This document shows positions 1-9,575 of a stretch of 16,019 nt of DNA, piece after piece. The DNA lies in NCBI GenBank assembly GCA_035465455.1, contig DATHRJ010000018.1, forward strand, positions 1 to 16,019, given 5' to 3'. Source of the stretch: Lysobacter sp. GTDB taxonomy: Bacteria > Pseudomonadota > Gammaproteobacteria > Xanthomonadales > Xanthomonadaceae. Made by a program: the position numbers and the translations under genes. Every line of letters starts with the position of its first letter. Positions within the stretch are counted from its first letter, which is position 1. The notes below the pieces were generated by a model that made no database searches, was not told where the DNA came from, and saw nothing but the letters and a program-made list of their open reading frames with translations.

Positions 1-2394
1 CGGCAGCGAGCACGAGGAGTCGCCCGAGTGCACCCCGGCTTCCTCGATGTGCTCCATCACCCCGCCGATCAGCACGTTGCCCTCGCGGTCGGCGATGATG
101 TCGATGTCGACCTCGACCGCGTTGTCCAGGAAGCGGTCCAGCAGCACCGGAGAGTCGTTGGACACCTTCACCGCATCGCGGATGTAGCGCGTGAGGTCGG
201 CATCGGAATAGACGATCTCCATCGCGCGGCCACCGAGCACGTAGCTGGGGCGCACGACCATCGGATAGCCGATCTCCGACGCCAGCCGCAGCGCCTCCTC
301 CGGGTTGCGCGCGGTGCGGTTGATCGGCTGCGCCAGCCCGAGCTTCTGCACCAGCTGCTGGAAGCGCTCGCGATCCTCGGCCAGGTCGATGCTGTCGGGG
401 CTGGTGCCGATGATCGGCACGCCGTTGGCTTCCAGCGCCTGCGCCAGCTTCAGCGGGGTCTGGCCGCCGTACTGCACGATCACGCCCTTGGGCTTCTCCA
501 GGTCGCAGATCTCCAGCACGTCCTCCAGCGTCAGCGGCTCGAAATACAACCGGTCGGAGGTGTCGTAGTCGGTCGACACGGTCTCCGGGTTGCAGTTGAT
601 CATGATGGTCTCGTAGCCATCCTCGCGCAGCGCGAGCGCGGCGTGCACGCAGCAGTAATCGAACTCGATGCCCTGCCCGATCCGGTTCGGTCCGCCGCCG
701 AGCACGATGATCTTGTCGCGGTCGGTCGGGTTCGACTCGCACTCGTCCTCGTAGGTCGAATACAGGTAGGCGGTGTCGGTGGCGAACTCGGCCGCACACG
801 AATCCACGCGCTTGTAGACCGGGCGCACGCCGAACGCGCGGCGCAGCGTGCGCACCGCGGTCTCGTCGGTGTCGGTCAGTTGCGCGATCCGCGCATCGGA
901 GAAACCCATGCGCTTGATCGCACGCATGCGCTTGGCATCGAGCGCCGAAAGGCCGGCATCGGCGATGTCCTTCTCGGTCGCGATGATCTCCTCGATCTGG
1001 TCGAGGAACCACGGATCGACGAACGACAGCGCATGCACCTCCTCCACGCTCATGCCGGCGCGGAACGCATCGCCGATGTAGAACATGCGCTCCGGACTGG
1101 GCTCCTTGAGCTCGCGGCGCAGCGTGACCAGGTCTTCCTCGGCACCGATATCCAGGCCGGTGGGGTCCAGGCCGACCTTGCCGGTCTCCAGCCCGCGCAG
1201 GGCCTTCTGCAACGACTCCTGGAACGGGCGGCCCATCGCCATCACCTCGCCGACCGACTTCATCTGCGTGGTCAGGCGCGCGTCGGCCTGCGGGAACTTC
1301 TCGAACGCGAAGCGCGGGATCTTGGTGACGACGTAGTCGATGCTCGGCTCAAACGACGCAGGCGTCGCGCCGCCGGTGATGTCGTTGCTCAGTTCGTCCA
1401 GGGTGTAGCCGATCGCCAGCTTGGCGGCGATCTTCGCGATCGGGAATCCGGTCGCCTTGGACGCCAGTGCCGAGGAACGCGACACGCGCGGGTTCATCTC
1501 GATCACCACCACGCGCCCGTCGTGCGCGTTGATGCCGAACTGCACGTTGGAACCGCCGGTATCGACGCCGATCTTGCGCAGCACCGCGATCGAGGCATCG
1601 CGCAGGCGCTGGTATTCCTTGTCGGTCAGGGTCTGCGCCGGGGCGACGGTAATCGAGTCGCCGGTGTGCACGCCCATCGCATCGAAGTTCTCGATGGAAC
1701 ACACGATGATGCAGTTGTCCGCGGTGTCGCGGACGACCTCCATCTCGAACTCCTTCCAGCCCAGCACCGATTCCTCCACCAGCACTTCGGTGGTCGGCGA
1801 GAGTTCCAGGCCGCGGGTGACGATCTCGACCAGTTCCTCGCGGTTGTAGGCGATGCCGCCGCCGCTGCCGCCGAGGGTGAAGCTGGGACGGATGATGGTC
1901 GGGTAGCCGACGCGGGTCTGGATGTCGAGCGCCTGCTCCAGCGTCTTGGCCACCTCCGCCTTGGGGCACTCCAGGCCGATTTCGGCCATCGCCACGCGGA
2001 ACAGCTCGCGGTCCTCGGCCATCATGATCGCCTCGCGCTTGGCGCCGATCATCTCCACGCCGTACTTCTCCAGTACGCCGTTGTCGGCCAGGTCCAGCGC
2101 GCAGTTGAGAGCCGTCTGCCCGCCCATCGTCGGCAGCAGCGCGTCGGGGCGTTCCTTGGCGATGATCTTCTCAACCGTCTGCCAGTTGATCGGCTCGATG
2201 TAGACCGCATCGGCCATGTCCGGGTCGGTCATGATCGTGGCCGGATTGGAGTTGACCAGCACCACGCGATAGCCCTCGTCGCGCAGGGCCTTGCACGCCT
2301 GCGCGCCGGAATAGTCGAACTCGCAGGCCTGGCCGATCACGATCGGGCCGGCGCCGATGATCAGGACGGTCTTGATGTCGGTGCGCTTGGGCAT
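1..2394 (-). CDS. carB: carbamoyl-phosphate synthase large subunit, N-terminal 798 codons (3' end lies beyond the left edge of the window)
   Basis: My own minus-strand translation from ATG 2394-2392 gives [62 protein letters not shown], the canonical CarB N-terminus. The same frame is still open and CarB-like at the window start (..[39 protein letters not shown] over ~117-1). It is missing from the ORF track, probably because no stop codon lies in the window. The ATG sits 1 nt after the carA TGA (TGAcATG), the usual carAB coupling. Confidence 0.97.
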   Translation of the reverse strand, partial: MPKRTDIKTVLIIGAGPIVIGQACEFDYSGAQACKALRDEGYRVVLVNSNPATIMTDPDMADAVYIEPINWQTVEKIIAKERPDALLPTMGGQTALNCALDLADNGVLEKYGVEMIGAKREAIMMAEDRELFRVAMAEIGLECPKAEVAKTLEQALDIQTRVGYPTIIRPSFTLGGSGGGIAYNREELVEIVTRGLELSPTTEVLVEESVLGWKEFEMEVVRDTADNCIIVCSIENFDAMGVHTGDSITVAPAQTLTDKEYQRLRDASIAVLRKIGVDTGGSNVQFGINAHDGRVVVIEMNPRVSRSSALASKATGFPIAKIAAKLAIGYTLDELSNDITGGATPASFEPSIDYVVTKIPRFAFEKFPQADARLTTQMKSVGEVMAMGRPFQESLQKALRGLETGKVGLDPTGLDIGAEEDLVTLRRELKEPSPERMFYIGDAFRAGMSVEEVHALSFVDPWFLDQIEEIIATEKDIADAGLSALDAKRMRAIKRMGFSDARIAQLTDTDETAVRTLRRAFGVRPVYKRVDSCAAEFATDTAYLYSTYEDECESNPTDRDKIIVLGGGPNRIGQGIEFDYCCVHAALALREDGYETIMINCNPETVSTDYDTSDRLYFEPLTLEDVLEICDLEKPKGVIVQYGGQTPLKLAQALEANGVPIIGTSPDSIDLAEDRERFQQLVQKLGLAQPINRTARNPEEALRLASEIGYPMVVRPSYVLGGRAMEIVYSDADLTRYIRDAVKVSNDSPVLLDRFLDNAVEVDIDIIADREGNVLIGGVMEHIEEAGVHSGDSSCSLP

Positions 2395-2395
2395 G

Positions 2396-3547
2396 TCAAC
2401 GCGCCTCCATCAGCGCAACGAACTTGTCGAACAGGGGTGCCAGGTCGTGCGGACCGGGGGCCGCCTCGGGGTGGCCCTGGAAGCTGAAGGCCGGGGCATC
2501 GGTCAGCTCGATGCCCTGGTTGGAACCGTCGAACAGCGAACGGTGGGTCACGCGCACGTTGCCGGGCAGCGTGGCTTCGTCGACCGCGAAGCCGTGGTTC
2601 TGCGAGGTGATCATCACCCGGCCGGTATCGAGGTCCTGCACCGGGTGGTTGGCACCGTGGTGGCCGAATTTCATCTTCAGCGTCTGCGCGCCCACCGCCA
2701 GACCGAGCAGCTGGTGGCCCAGGCAGATGCCATAGGTCGGCAGCTTGCGCGCGATGAATTCCCTGATCGCCACGATCGCGTAATCGCACGGTGCCGGATC
2801 GCCGGGGCCGTTGGACAGCAGCACGCCGTCCGGGTTGAGCGCGATCACCTCGGCGGCGCTGGTCTGCGCCGGCACCACGGTCACGCGGCAGCCACGTTCG
2901 GTGAGCATCCGCAGGATGTTGAGCTTGCAGCCAAAATCGTAGGCGACGACGTGCAGCTGCCGACCCGGGGCGGTGGCATCCAGGTGGCTGAACTCGTTGC
3001 GATCGAGATCCAGCGGGCCGTCGCGCCACTCGTAGTTCTTCGCGGTGCAGACTTCCTTCGCCAGGTCCATGCCCTTGAGACCCGGGAACTTGCGTGCCGC
3101 CTCGATCGCCTTGTCGTGGTCGAGGACTTCGTCCGGTGACGATGCGGCCACCAGCGCGCCGTTCTGGGCGCCCGTGTCGCGCAGCAGTCGGGTGAGCCTG
3201 CGGGTGTCGATGTCGGCGATCGCGACCACGCCGCGCTCGCTGAGCCACTGCGGCAGGGCGATGCGGTTGCGCCAGTTGCTCGGCCGCCGTGGCACGTTGC
3301 GCACGATCAGGCCGGCGGCCCACACCTGGCTGGCCTCGTCGTCCTGGTCGGTGCAGCCGGTGTTGCCGACATGCGGATAGGTCAGCGTGACCAGCTGGCG
3401 CGCATAGGACGGATCGGTGAGGATTTCCTGGTAGCCGGTGATCGCGGTGTTGAACACCACCTCGCCGACCGACAGGCCGGGCGCGCCTACGGAAACACCC
3501 TCGAACACGGTGCCGTCTTCGAGTGCAAGGATTGCGGAATGGGTCAC
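2396..3547 (-). CDS. carA: carbamoyl-phosphate synthase small (glutamine amidotransferase) subunit
   Basis: Track ORF 2396-3619(-) trimmed to GTG 3547-3545. [59 protein letters not shown] aligns from residue 1 with known CarA N-termini (MIKSALLVLEDGT / MTKPAILALADGS). The amidotransferase motif GICLGHQLL is present. AAGG ends 10 nt upstream of the GTG. The 24 upstream codons ([16 protein letters not shown]..) are R/P/C-rich and unlike CarA. Confidence 0.94.
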   Translation of the reverse strand: MTHSAILALEDGTVFEGVSVGAPGLSVGEVVFNTAITGYQEILTDPSYARQLVTLTYPHVGNTGCTDQDDEASQVWAAGLIVRNVPRRPSNWRNRIALPQWLSERGVVAIADIDTRRLTRLLRDTGAQNGALVAASSPDEVLDHDKAIEAARKFPGLKGMDLAKEVCTAKNYEWRDGPLDLDRNEFSHLDATAPGRQLHVVAYDFGCKLNILRMLTERGCRVTVVPAQTSAAEVIALNPDGVLLSNGPGDPAPCDYAIVAIREFIARKLPTYGICLGHQLLGLAVGAQTLKMKFGHHGANHPVQDLDTGRVMITSQNHGFAVDEATLPGNVRVTHRSLFDGSNQGIELTDAPAFSFQGHPEAAPGPHDLAPLFDKFVALMEAR

Positions 3548-3725
3548 TTTGGATTCGCCTTGGCTACAGGGGTGCTGAGGCCGCCGAGTGCAGGCCCGGT
3601 AAACACCGGGTTGCAGCAAGGCACGGACGCGGTGCGGGACCGGTCCGGGCGGCGGGTATCAGGCGAGCGAGAATTCTAGCGATGAAGGGCCGCCAGCGCC
3701 AGCTTCGCGGCGTCCCGCGACCGGA

Positions 3726-4448
3726 TCAGTTCAGCAGGTCGCGCAGCCGGTACAGCCCGGGCGGGCGATCGGCCAGCCGCGTCGCGGCATGCAGCGCCCC
3801 GCGGGCGAAGATGTCGCGGTCGGTTGCCCGATGCACCAGTTCGATACGTTCGCCCGGCGCGGCGAACTGGACCATGTGCTCGCCGACGATGTCGCCTGCG
3901 CGAACGGAGGCGAAGCGCGGAGTCGCGCCGCCATGGGTTGCGCAGTCGCCCAGCGCCAGGGCGGTGCCGGAGGGTGCGTCCTTCTTGTGCACGTGGTGCG
4001 ACTCGATGATGTCGCAGTCCCAGCCGGGCAATGCCGCGGCCGCGCGTTCCACCAGTTCGCTCAGCACGGCCACGCCCAGGCTGAAATTTGCGGCCGACAG
4101 CACCGCAATCTTCCCCGCGGCAACGGCCAGCGCCGCTCGCTGCGCCTCGTCCAACCCGGTCGTTCCCGATACCAGGGCGGCTCCACGTTCCAGGCACAAC
4201 GCCAGTATCGGGTCGAAACCCGCCGGGAGGCTGAAGTCGATCGCGACATCGAAGGCGGGGACGCCATGCAACTCACGCGCCGCGAAATACGGGACCCCGT
4301 CGGCCACCCGCTGCGGCGGCGGCGCACCGGTCACCGCTCCCACGACCAGCAGCCGGCCGGGCTGGGCTGCAAGCCGCAGCACCGCCTGACCCATCCTGCC
4401 GGACGCGCCATGGACCAGCAGGCGGATCGGAGTTGTCGATTCATTCAT
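3726..4448 (-). CDS. dapB: 4-hydroxy-tetrahydrodipicolinate reductase
   Basis: 240-aa ORF with an N-terminal dinucleotide-binding loop (LVHGASGRMGQ) and the diagnostic DapB motif IIESHHVHKKDAPSGTAL. Its position between dnaJ and carA matches other gammaproteobacteria. No clear SD precedes the ATG. Confidence 0.93.
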   Translation of the reverse strand: MNESTTPIRLLVHGASGRMGQAVLRLAAQPGRLLVVGAVTGAPPPQRVADGVPYFAARELHGVPAFDVAIDFSLPAGFDPILALCLERGAALVSGTTGLDEAQRAALAVAAGKIAVLSAANFSLGVAVLSELVERAAAALPGWDCDIIESHHVHKKDAPSGTALALGDCATHGGATPRFASVRAGDIVGEHMVQFAAPGERIELVHRATDRDIFARGALHAATRLADRPPGLYRLRDLLN

Positions 4449-4575
4449 GGGCGCAGGCTACCGGCGCTCACGCGAGTGGCGCAAGCGGCTAGGCGACGTT
4501 CAAGGCGGGCCAGCAGCCGGTCGCGGCCCTGGATCGCGGCTCCCCACCACGCAGGTGTGCGGCGCTCCATGCCGC

Positions 4576-5700
4576 CTAGCTGGTCATGCGGTCCCAGAAG
4601 CCCTTGACCCCATCGATGAAGGTCGACGATCGCGGCGAATGCCTGCTCGCACCCTCGCCCACGAACGTGGTCTCGAAGCGTTCCAGCAGCTCGCGCTGCT
4701 CGGCAGTGAGGTTGATCGGCGTTTCCACCACCACCCGGCAATACAGGTCGCCCGGCTTGCGGCTGCGCACCGACTTGACGCCCAGGTCGCGCAGGCGGAA
4801 GACCTTGCCGGTCTGGGTCTCGGCCGGGATCCGCAACTCGACGTCGCCGCCCAGCGTGGGCACCCGCACGCTGCCGCCCAATGCCGCCTGCGAGATCCTT
4901 ATCGGCACGTCGCAGTGCAGGTCGTCACCGTCGCGCTGGAAGATCTCGTGCTCGCGCACGCGCACGTCGACGTACAGGTCACCTGGCGTGGAACCGGCAG
5001 GCCCCGCCTCGCCCTCGCCCGCCAGGCGGATGCGGTCGCCACTATCGACTCCCGGCGGAATCTTCACCGACAGGGTCTTGGTCTGTTCGACGCGGCCCTG
5101 GCCGTGGCAGTCGGCGCACGGGTTGGCGATGATCTTGCCGCGGCCGCCGCAATGCGGGCAGCCCTGCTGCATCGAGAAGATGCCGCGCTGGAAGCGCACC
5201 TGGCCGCGACCGGCGCAGGTGCCGCAGGTCTCCATCTTGCCGTCGGCCGAGCCGCTGCCGTGGCAGGTATCGCACTCATCCAGCGTCGGGACTTCGATCT
5301 GCTTCTCGATGCCGCCAACCGCTTCCTGCAACGACAGCTCCATGACGTAGCCGATATCGGCGCCGCGTCGCGGACGGCCAGGCCCGCCGGGGCCGCCGCC
5401 ACCGAAGATGTTGCCGAAGATATCGCCGAAGATGTCGCCCATGTCGGCGTAGTTGCCGGCACCGCCACCCATGCCGTGTTCGAACGCCGCGTGGCCGTGC
5501 TGGTCGTAGGCACGACGGCGGGTCGCATCGGCGAGCACCTCGTAGGCCTCCTTGCACTCCTTGAACGCCGCCTCGGTGTCGCTGCCGGCGTTGCGATCGG
5601 GGTGGTGCTTCATCGCACACCGGCGGTAGGCCTTCTTCAGGTCTTCGTCGGTCGCGTTGCGGGCAACGCCCAGCACTTCGTAGTAGTCACGCTTGCTCAT
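4576..5700 (-). CDS. dnaJ: molecular chaperone DnaJ (Hsp40)
   Basis: 374 aa. J-domain [28 protein letters not shown], a Gly/Phe-rich linker ([21 protein letters not shown]), and four CxxCxGxG zinc-finger repeats ([32 protein letters not shown]). Confidence 0.97.
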   Translation of the reverse strand: MSKRDYYEVLGVARNATDEDLKKAYRRCAMKHHPDRNAGSDTEAAFKECKEAYEVLADATRRRAYDQHGHAAFEHGMGGGAGNYADMGDIFGDIFGNIFGGGGPGGPGRPRRGADIGYVMELSLQEAVGGIEKQIEVPTLDECDTCHGSGSADGKMETCGTCAGRGQVRFQRGIFSMQQGCPHCGGRGKIIANPCADCHGQGRVEQTKTLSVKIPPGVDSGDRIRLAGEGEAGPAGSTPGDLYVDVRVREHEIFQRDGDDLHCDVPIRISQAALGGSVRVPTLGGDVELRIPAETQTGKVFRLRDLGVKSVRSRKPGDLYCRVVVETPINLTAEQRELLERFETTFVGEGASRHSPRSSTFIDGVKGFWDRMTS

Positions 5701-5739
5701 AGATCAGGAAACCGGAACGGGGAATGGAGGAATCGGCTT

Positions 5740-5783
5740 GAAACGGCAAGCGGGCGGACCAGACTCAGGTCCAGCCCGCCCGC
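5740..5783 (-). terminator. GC-rich hairpin with interrupted U-tract between dnaK and dnaJ (intrinsic terminator/attenuator candidate)
   Basis: Minus-strand RNA reads GCGGGCGG-gcuggac-CUGA-gucuggu-CCGCCCGC (5783-5750). The 8 perfect G:C pairs extend through G-C, A-U and G.U pairs to about 15 bp around a tetraloop. It is followed by UUGCCGUUUC. It lies 25 nt after the dnaK TAA. Confidence 0.5.
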
Positions 5784-5807
5784 GGTTGCCTGACGGCCGT
5801 TCCGGCG

Positions 5808-7736
5808 TTACTTCTTCTCGTCGTCCTTGACTTCGGTGAACTCGGCGTCGACCACGTCGTCGGCCGCCTTGCCGGCGGCCGCGTCAGCGGCACCTTCAGC
5901 GCCGCCAGCGCCGGGCTGCTGGGCCGAACCGGCGGCCAACAGCGCCTGGGATGCGGCTTCCAGCGCCTTGGACTTGGCTTCGATCTGGTTCTTGTCGTCG
6001 CCCTTCATCGCGATCTCGAGTTCGGAGATCGCGCCTTCGGCGGCGCCGATCGCCTCGCCCGGAACCTTGTCACCGTGCTCCTTGATCGCACTGCGGGCCA
6101 TGTGGATCAGGCCGTCGGCCTGGTTGCGGGCCTGCACGAGGTCGTGGAACTTCTGGTCTTCCTCGCGGTTGGCCTCGGCGTCCTGGACCATCTTCTGGAT
6201 TTCCTCGTCCGACAAGCCCGAGCCGGCCTTGATCTCGACCTTCTGCTCCTTGCCGGTCTTCTTGTCCTTGGCGGTCACGTGGACGATGCCATTGGCATCG
6301 ATGTCGAACGACACCTCCACCTGCGGCATGCCGCGCGGTGACGGCTCGATGCCCGAGAGATCGAACCGCGCCAGCGACTTGTTGAAGCGGGCCTGCTCGC
6401 GCTCGCCCTGCAGCACGTGGACGGTCACCGCGGACTGGTTGTCCTCCGCGGTGGAGAACGTCTGCGAGGCCTTGGTCGGCACCGTGGTGTTCTTCTCGAT
6501 GATCTTGGTGAACACGCCGCCGAGGGTCTCGATGCCCAGGCTCAGCGGGGTCACGTCGAGCAGCAGCACGTCCTTGACGTCGCCGGCGAGCACGCCGCCC
6601 TGGATCGCGGCACCGATCGCCACGGCCTCGTCGGGGTTGACGTCCTTGCGCGGCTCCTTGCCGAAGAACTCCGCGACCATCTGGCCCACCTTGGGCATGC
6701 GCGTCTGGCCGCCGACCAGGATCACCTCGGCGATGTCGCTGCCGCGCAGGCCGGCGTCATTGAGCGCGATGCGGCACGGCTCGATCGTCTTCTTGATCAG
6801 GTCCTCGACCAGCGACTCCAGCTTGGCGCGGGTCAGCTTGATGTTGAGGTGCTTCGGACCGGAAGCGTCCGCGGTCACGTACGGCAGGTTGACCTCGGTG
6901 TGCTGCGCGGACGAGAGCTCGATCTTGGCGCGTTCGGCGGCGTCCTTGAGACGCTGCAGGGCCAACGGGTCCTTGCGCAGGTCGATGCCCTGGTCCTTGT
7001 TGAACTCGTCGACCAGATAGTCGATGACGCGCTTGTCGAAGTCTTCGCCGCCCAGGAAGGTGTCGCCGTTGGTGGCCAGCACCTCGACCTGCATCTCGCC
7101 GTCGACCGACGCGATCTCGATGATCGAGACGTCGAACGTGCCGCCGCCGAGGTCGTAGACCGCGATCTTGCGGTCGCCGCCCTTCTTGTCCATGCCGTAG
7201 GCCAGAGCGGCCGCGGTGGGTTCGTTGATGATGCGCTTGACGTCCAGGCCGGCGATCTTGCCCGCGTCCTTGGTCGCCTGGCGCTGGCTGTCGTTGAAGT
7301 ACGCCGGCACGGTGATGACCGCCTCGGTGACGGTCTCGCCCAGGTAGGCCTCGGCGGTCTTCTTCATCTTGGCCAGCACTTCGGCGGAAATCTGCTGCGG
7401 CGACAGCTTCTTGCCATCGGCCGTGCTGACCCACGCGTCGCCGTTGTCGTGCGCGACGATGCCGTAGGAGACCAGGTCGAGGTCCTTCTGCACTTCGGCG
7501 TCGGTGAACTTGCGCCCGATCAGGCGCTTGACCGCATAGAAGGTGTTCTTGGGATTGGTGACTGCCTGCCGCTTGGCGGCGGCGCCCACGAGGATCTCGC
7601 CGTCCTTGGTGTAGGCGACGATCGACGGCGTGGTGCGGTCACCTTCCGCGTTCTCGATGACCTTGGCCTTGCCGCCTTCCATGATCGCCACGCACGAGTT
7701 GGTCGTGCCCAGGTCGATGCCGATGATCTTGCCCAT
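5808..7736 (-). CDS. dnaK: molecular chaperone DnaK (Hsp70)
   Basis: Track ORF 5808-7844(-) trimmed to ATG 7736-7734, which gives [22 protein letters not shown].., the universal Hsp70 N-terminus. Also present are [13 protein letters not shown] and the C-terminal [12 protein letters not shown] strong SD (AGAGGGAG) lies 6 nt upstream of this ATG. The 36 upstream in-frame codons are R/P-rich and overlap the promoter. Confidence 0.98.
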   Translation of the reverse strand: MGKIIGIDLGTTNSCVAIMEGGKAKVIENAEGDRTTPSIVAYTKDGEILVGAAAKRQAVTNPKNTFYAVKRLIGRKFTDAEVQKDLDLVSYGIVAHDNGDAWVSTADGKKLSPQQISAEVLAKMKKTAEAYLGETVTEAVITVPAYFNDSQRQATKDAGKIAGLDVKRIINEPTAAALAYGMDKKGGDRKIAVYDLGGGTFDVSIIEIASVDGEMQVEVLATNGDTFLGGEDFDKRVIDYLVDEFNKDQGIDLRKDPLALQRLKDAAERAKIELSSAQHTEVNLPYVTADASGPKHLNIKLTRAKLESLVEDLIKKTIEPCRIALNDAGLRGSDIAEVILVGGQTRMPKVGQMVAEFFGKEPRKDVNPDEAVAIGAAIQGGVLAGDVKDVLLLDVTPLSLGIETLGGVFTKIIEKNTTVPTKASQTFSTAEDNQSAVTVHVLQGEREQARFNKSLARFDLSGIEPSPRGMPQVEVSFDIDANGIVHVTAKDKKTGKEQKVEIKAGSGLSDEEIQKMVQDAEANREEDQKFHDLVQARNQADGLIHMARSAIKEHGDKVPGEAIGAAEGAISELEIAMKGDDKNQIEAKSKALEAASQALLAAGSAQQPGAGGAEGAADAAAGKAADDVVDAEFTEVKDDEKK

Positions 7737-7816
7737 GCTGTTGCTCCCTCTTGGATGCTTGTCTGGTCTTGGCTGGTGTAGTCGACCTGCTGAACGCAAG
7801 TCATGCCGATGTGCGC

Positions 7817-7846
7817 TATTTGGGGGTCGGGGCGGCCGGTTCAAGG
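7817..7846 (-). promoter_or_regulatory. sigma32 (RpoH)-type heat-shock promoter for dnaK
   Basis: The minus strand reads CCTTGAA-ccggccgccccga-CCCCCAAATA. The consensus is CTTGAA-N13-17-CCCCATnT. It lies in the grpE-dnaK spacer, about 80 nt upstream of the dnaK ATG. Confidence 0.7.
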
Positions 7847-7869
7847 CCGCGCCGGTGAATCAGTCGCCG

Positions 7870-8421
7870 TCAGTCATGCCTGGACACGACCACCAGCGCC
7901 GGTCGCAGCAGGCGTTCGTTCAGCAGCCAGCCCTTCTGGTAGACCTGCACGACATGGTTGGGCGGATGCGCAGGATCGTCGACCATGCTCATCGCCTGGT
8001 GGTGTTCGGGATTGAACGACTGGCCGAGCGGATTGATCACCACCAGTCCGTGGTCGCTGGCAACCTTCAGCAACTGACGAAGGGTCAGTTCCATGCCCTC
8101 GCGCAACGCGCTGGCCTTGTCGCCGGAGACCTCCAGGCCTGCCTCGAGACTGTCGATCACCGGCAGCAGATCACCGAGCAGGCGCTCGTTGGCGAACTTG
8201 CGGGTCATGTCGAGATCGCGCGCCAGTCGCTTGCGCTGGTTGTCCAGTTCGGCGCGTTCACGCAGCGAACCCTCGCGCAGTTGCGTCAGTTCGTCCCTGA
8301 CTGCATCCAGTTCCGCCGCCAGCGGCGAATCCCGCTCGGCATCGACTACGGCTTCCGCGGTCTTGGCGTTGTTGAAATCGTTGGGGCTGGATTCGTTCTG
8401 AGGTGGCTGATTTGTGGTCAT
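7870..8421 (-). CDS. grpE: nucleotide exchange factor GrpE
   Basis: 183 aa with a GrpE-family C-terminal region (FNPEHHQAMSMVDDPAHPPNHVVQVYQKGWLLNERLLRPALVVVS) and a coiled-coil middle. It sits between hrcA and dnaK. Confidence 0.93.
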   Translation of the reverse strand: MTTNQPPQNESSPNDFNNAKTAEAVVDAERDSPLAAELDAVRDELTQLREGSLRERAELDNQRKRLARDLDMTRKFANERLLGDLLPVIDSLEAGLEVSGDKASALREGMELTLRQLLKVASDHGLVVINPLGQSFNPEHHQAMSMVDDPAHPPNHVVQVYQKGWLLNERLLRPALVVVSRHD

Positions 8422-8463
8422 GCTTCGGCTAGGTCCCTGCGCGTGGAGTGCGTAACAGGGCCA

Positions 8464-8493
8464 GCTATGGGGCCAGCGCGGGGGCTTTCAACC
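8464..8493 (-). promoter_or_regulatory. sigma32 (RpoH)-type heat-shock promoter for grpE
   Basis: The minus strand reads GGTTGAAA-gcccccgcgctgg-CCCCATAG in the hrcA-grpE spacer, with the -10 element about 43 nt upstream of the grpE ATG. Confidence 0.7.
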
Positions 8494-8513
8494 CGGACGA
8501 CGTCCCGCCAACC

Positions 8514-9575
8514 TCACCCGGAGTCGGGCTTGAAGGCCGCCCCGAGGGCATCGGCGGCCGCCTGCACCACCGGGATCACCCGGTCGTAGGCCATGCGGGT
8601 CGGGCCGATCACCCCGAGCACGCCCAGTACCTGGCCGTCAGGCGCGCCGCCGGAGGTGTACGGCGCGGTCACCAGCGACACCCCCTCCAACGGAGCCAGG
8701 CCGGTCTCCTCGCCGATGAAGATGCGCACGCCGGGCGCATGGATGGTGCGCTCCAGCAACTGCAGGATCTCGCGCTTGCGTGCGAACGCCTCGAACAGTT
8801 CGCGCAGGCGGTCGACATCGGTCAGCTCCTGCAGGCCCATCAGCCGGGTCTGTCCGGCCAGCACCATGTCGTCGGTGGCCGGTTCCAGCGCCTGCTCGGC
8901 CAGTTCGATCGAATGGCTCAGCAGTGTCTCCATCTCCGCACGCGCGGACTTGAGGTCCATCAGCAGCGTGGCGCGGATGTCGGCAACCGGTCGCCCGGCA
9001 AAATGCGTGTTCAGGTAGTTGGCGACCCGTTCCAGCTGGCCGGCGTCGTAGACCTGCCGCGTCTGGATGATCCGGTTCTGCACGTCGTTGTCGGCGAACA
9101 CCAGGATCGCCAGCACGCGCTGGCCGTCCAGCGGCACGAAGTCGATCCGCCGGAACGCGAACTGCTCGCGCCTGGGCACGCTCACCACGCCCACGAAGTG
9201 CGTCATCGCCGACAGCAGTTCCGACGCGCTGCCCAGCAGCGCCTGGGTGCCCAGCCCTGCTGGCAACTCGGCCCGCAACCGGGCCAGGTCGCCCTCGGGC
9301 ACCTGCCGCACCTGCAGCAGCGAGTCCACGAACAAGCGGTAGCCCTGCGCGGTGGGAATCCGGCCAGCGGACGCGTGCGGCGCGCTGAGCAGGCCGACTT
9401 CCTCCAGGTCCGCCAGGATGTTGCGGATGGTCGCCGCGCTGACATCCAGGCCGGCATGGCGCGCCAGCGTCTGCGACCCGACCGGCTCGCCACTGTGGAT
9501 GTAGCGCCCGATCAGCGTGCGCAGCAGTTGCCGCGCGCGCGGATCGAGGCTGGGGTCGGAAGGTTTTCGGCTCAT
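8514..9575 (-). CDS. hrcA: heat-inducible transcription repressor HrcA
   Basis: The track ORF starts at TTG 9611. I prefer ATG 9575, giving MSRKPSDPSLDPRARQLLRTLIGRYIHSGEPVGSQTLARHAGLDVSAATIRNILADLEEVGLLSAPHASAGRIPT, which is the HrcA winged-helix signature. The start choice is less certain than the gene call. Confidence 0.9.
   Translation of the reverse strand: MSRKPSDPSLDPRARQLLRTLIGRYIHSGEPVGSQTLARHAGLDVSAATIRNILADLEEVGLLSAPHASAGRIPTAQGYRLFVDSLLQVRQVPEGDLARLRAELPAGLGTQALLGSASELLSAMTHFVGVVSVPRREQFAFRRIDFVPLDGQRVLAILVFADNDVQNRIIQTRQVYDAGQLERVANYLNTHFAGRPVADIRATLLMDLKSARAEMETLLSHSIELAEQALEPATDDMVLAGQTRLMGLQELTDVDRLRELFEAFARKREILQLLERTIHAPGVRIFIGEETGLAPLEGVSLVTAPYTSGGAPDGQVLGVLGVIGPTRMAYDRVIPVVQAAADALGAAFKPDSG

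Noticed and set aside
28-2487. 819-aa plus-strand ORF, the longest ORF in the track
   Set aside because: It lies antisense to carB and carA in the codon-aligned frame (its start coordinate and the carB codon starts are both 1 mod 3). In that frame an antisense stop requires a sense TTA, CTA or TCA codon, which a G/C-ending codon bias almost eliminates. The product is a low-complexity R/A/G/V/D/H/L string with no recognisable motif, whereas the opposite strand encodes textbook CarB. I treat it as a shadow ORF.
4498-4505. CCTTGAAC (minus strand) in the dnaJ-dapB spacer, resembling a third sigma32 -35 element
   Set aside because: No CCCCAT-type -10 follows at 13-17 nt. The sigma70 alternative (TTGAAC-N17-GCCACT) has a very poor -10. 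dapB may be read through from dnaJ or use a promoter I cannot recognise.
4447-5793. 448-aa plus-strand ORF opposite dnaJ, plus several 80-270-aa ORFs opposite dapB (for example 3523-4389 and 3789-4607)
   Set aside because: 4447-5793 is in the codon-aligned antisense frame of dnaJ (both 1 mod 3). The ORFs opposite dapB overlap a motif-validated gene and are R/A/G/P/S-rich with no homology-like motifs.
6417-7781. 454-aa plus-strand ORF (and 397-aa ORF 5827-7020) opposite dnaK
   Set aside because: 6417-7781 is a codon-aligned antisense shadow of the same kind (its start and the dnaK codon starts are both 0 mod 3). 5827-7020 lies in a different antisense frame (1 mod 3) and is instead an S/A/P-rich shadow. 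Both are low-complexity with no start signals. Long antisense ORFs in hsp70 genes are a known compositional artefact. Only ribosome profiling or proteomics could rescue them.
7737-7844. In-frame N-terminal extensions offered by the ORF track: dnaK 7737-7844, carA 3548-3619, hrcA 9576-9611, fur 11878-11922, bamE 11940-12008, ratA 13127-13186, rnfH 12702-13028
   Set aside because: In each case the conserved family N-terminus begins at the internal start. That internal start is preceded by a Shine-Dalgarno for dnaK, fur and ratA, and more weakly for carA. The extension is R/P/C-rich, overlaps promoter or neighbouring-gene sequence, and has no counterpart in homologues I know.
8446-8455. CIRCE-like half-site GAGTGCGTAA in the grpE leader
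   Set aside because: It matches GAGTGCTAA only with a 1-nt insertion, and there is no inverted partner (TTAGCACTC) at a 9-nt spacing on either side. It is probably chance.
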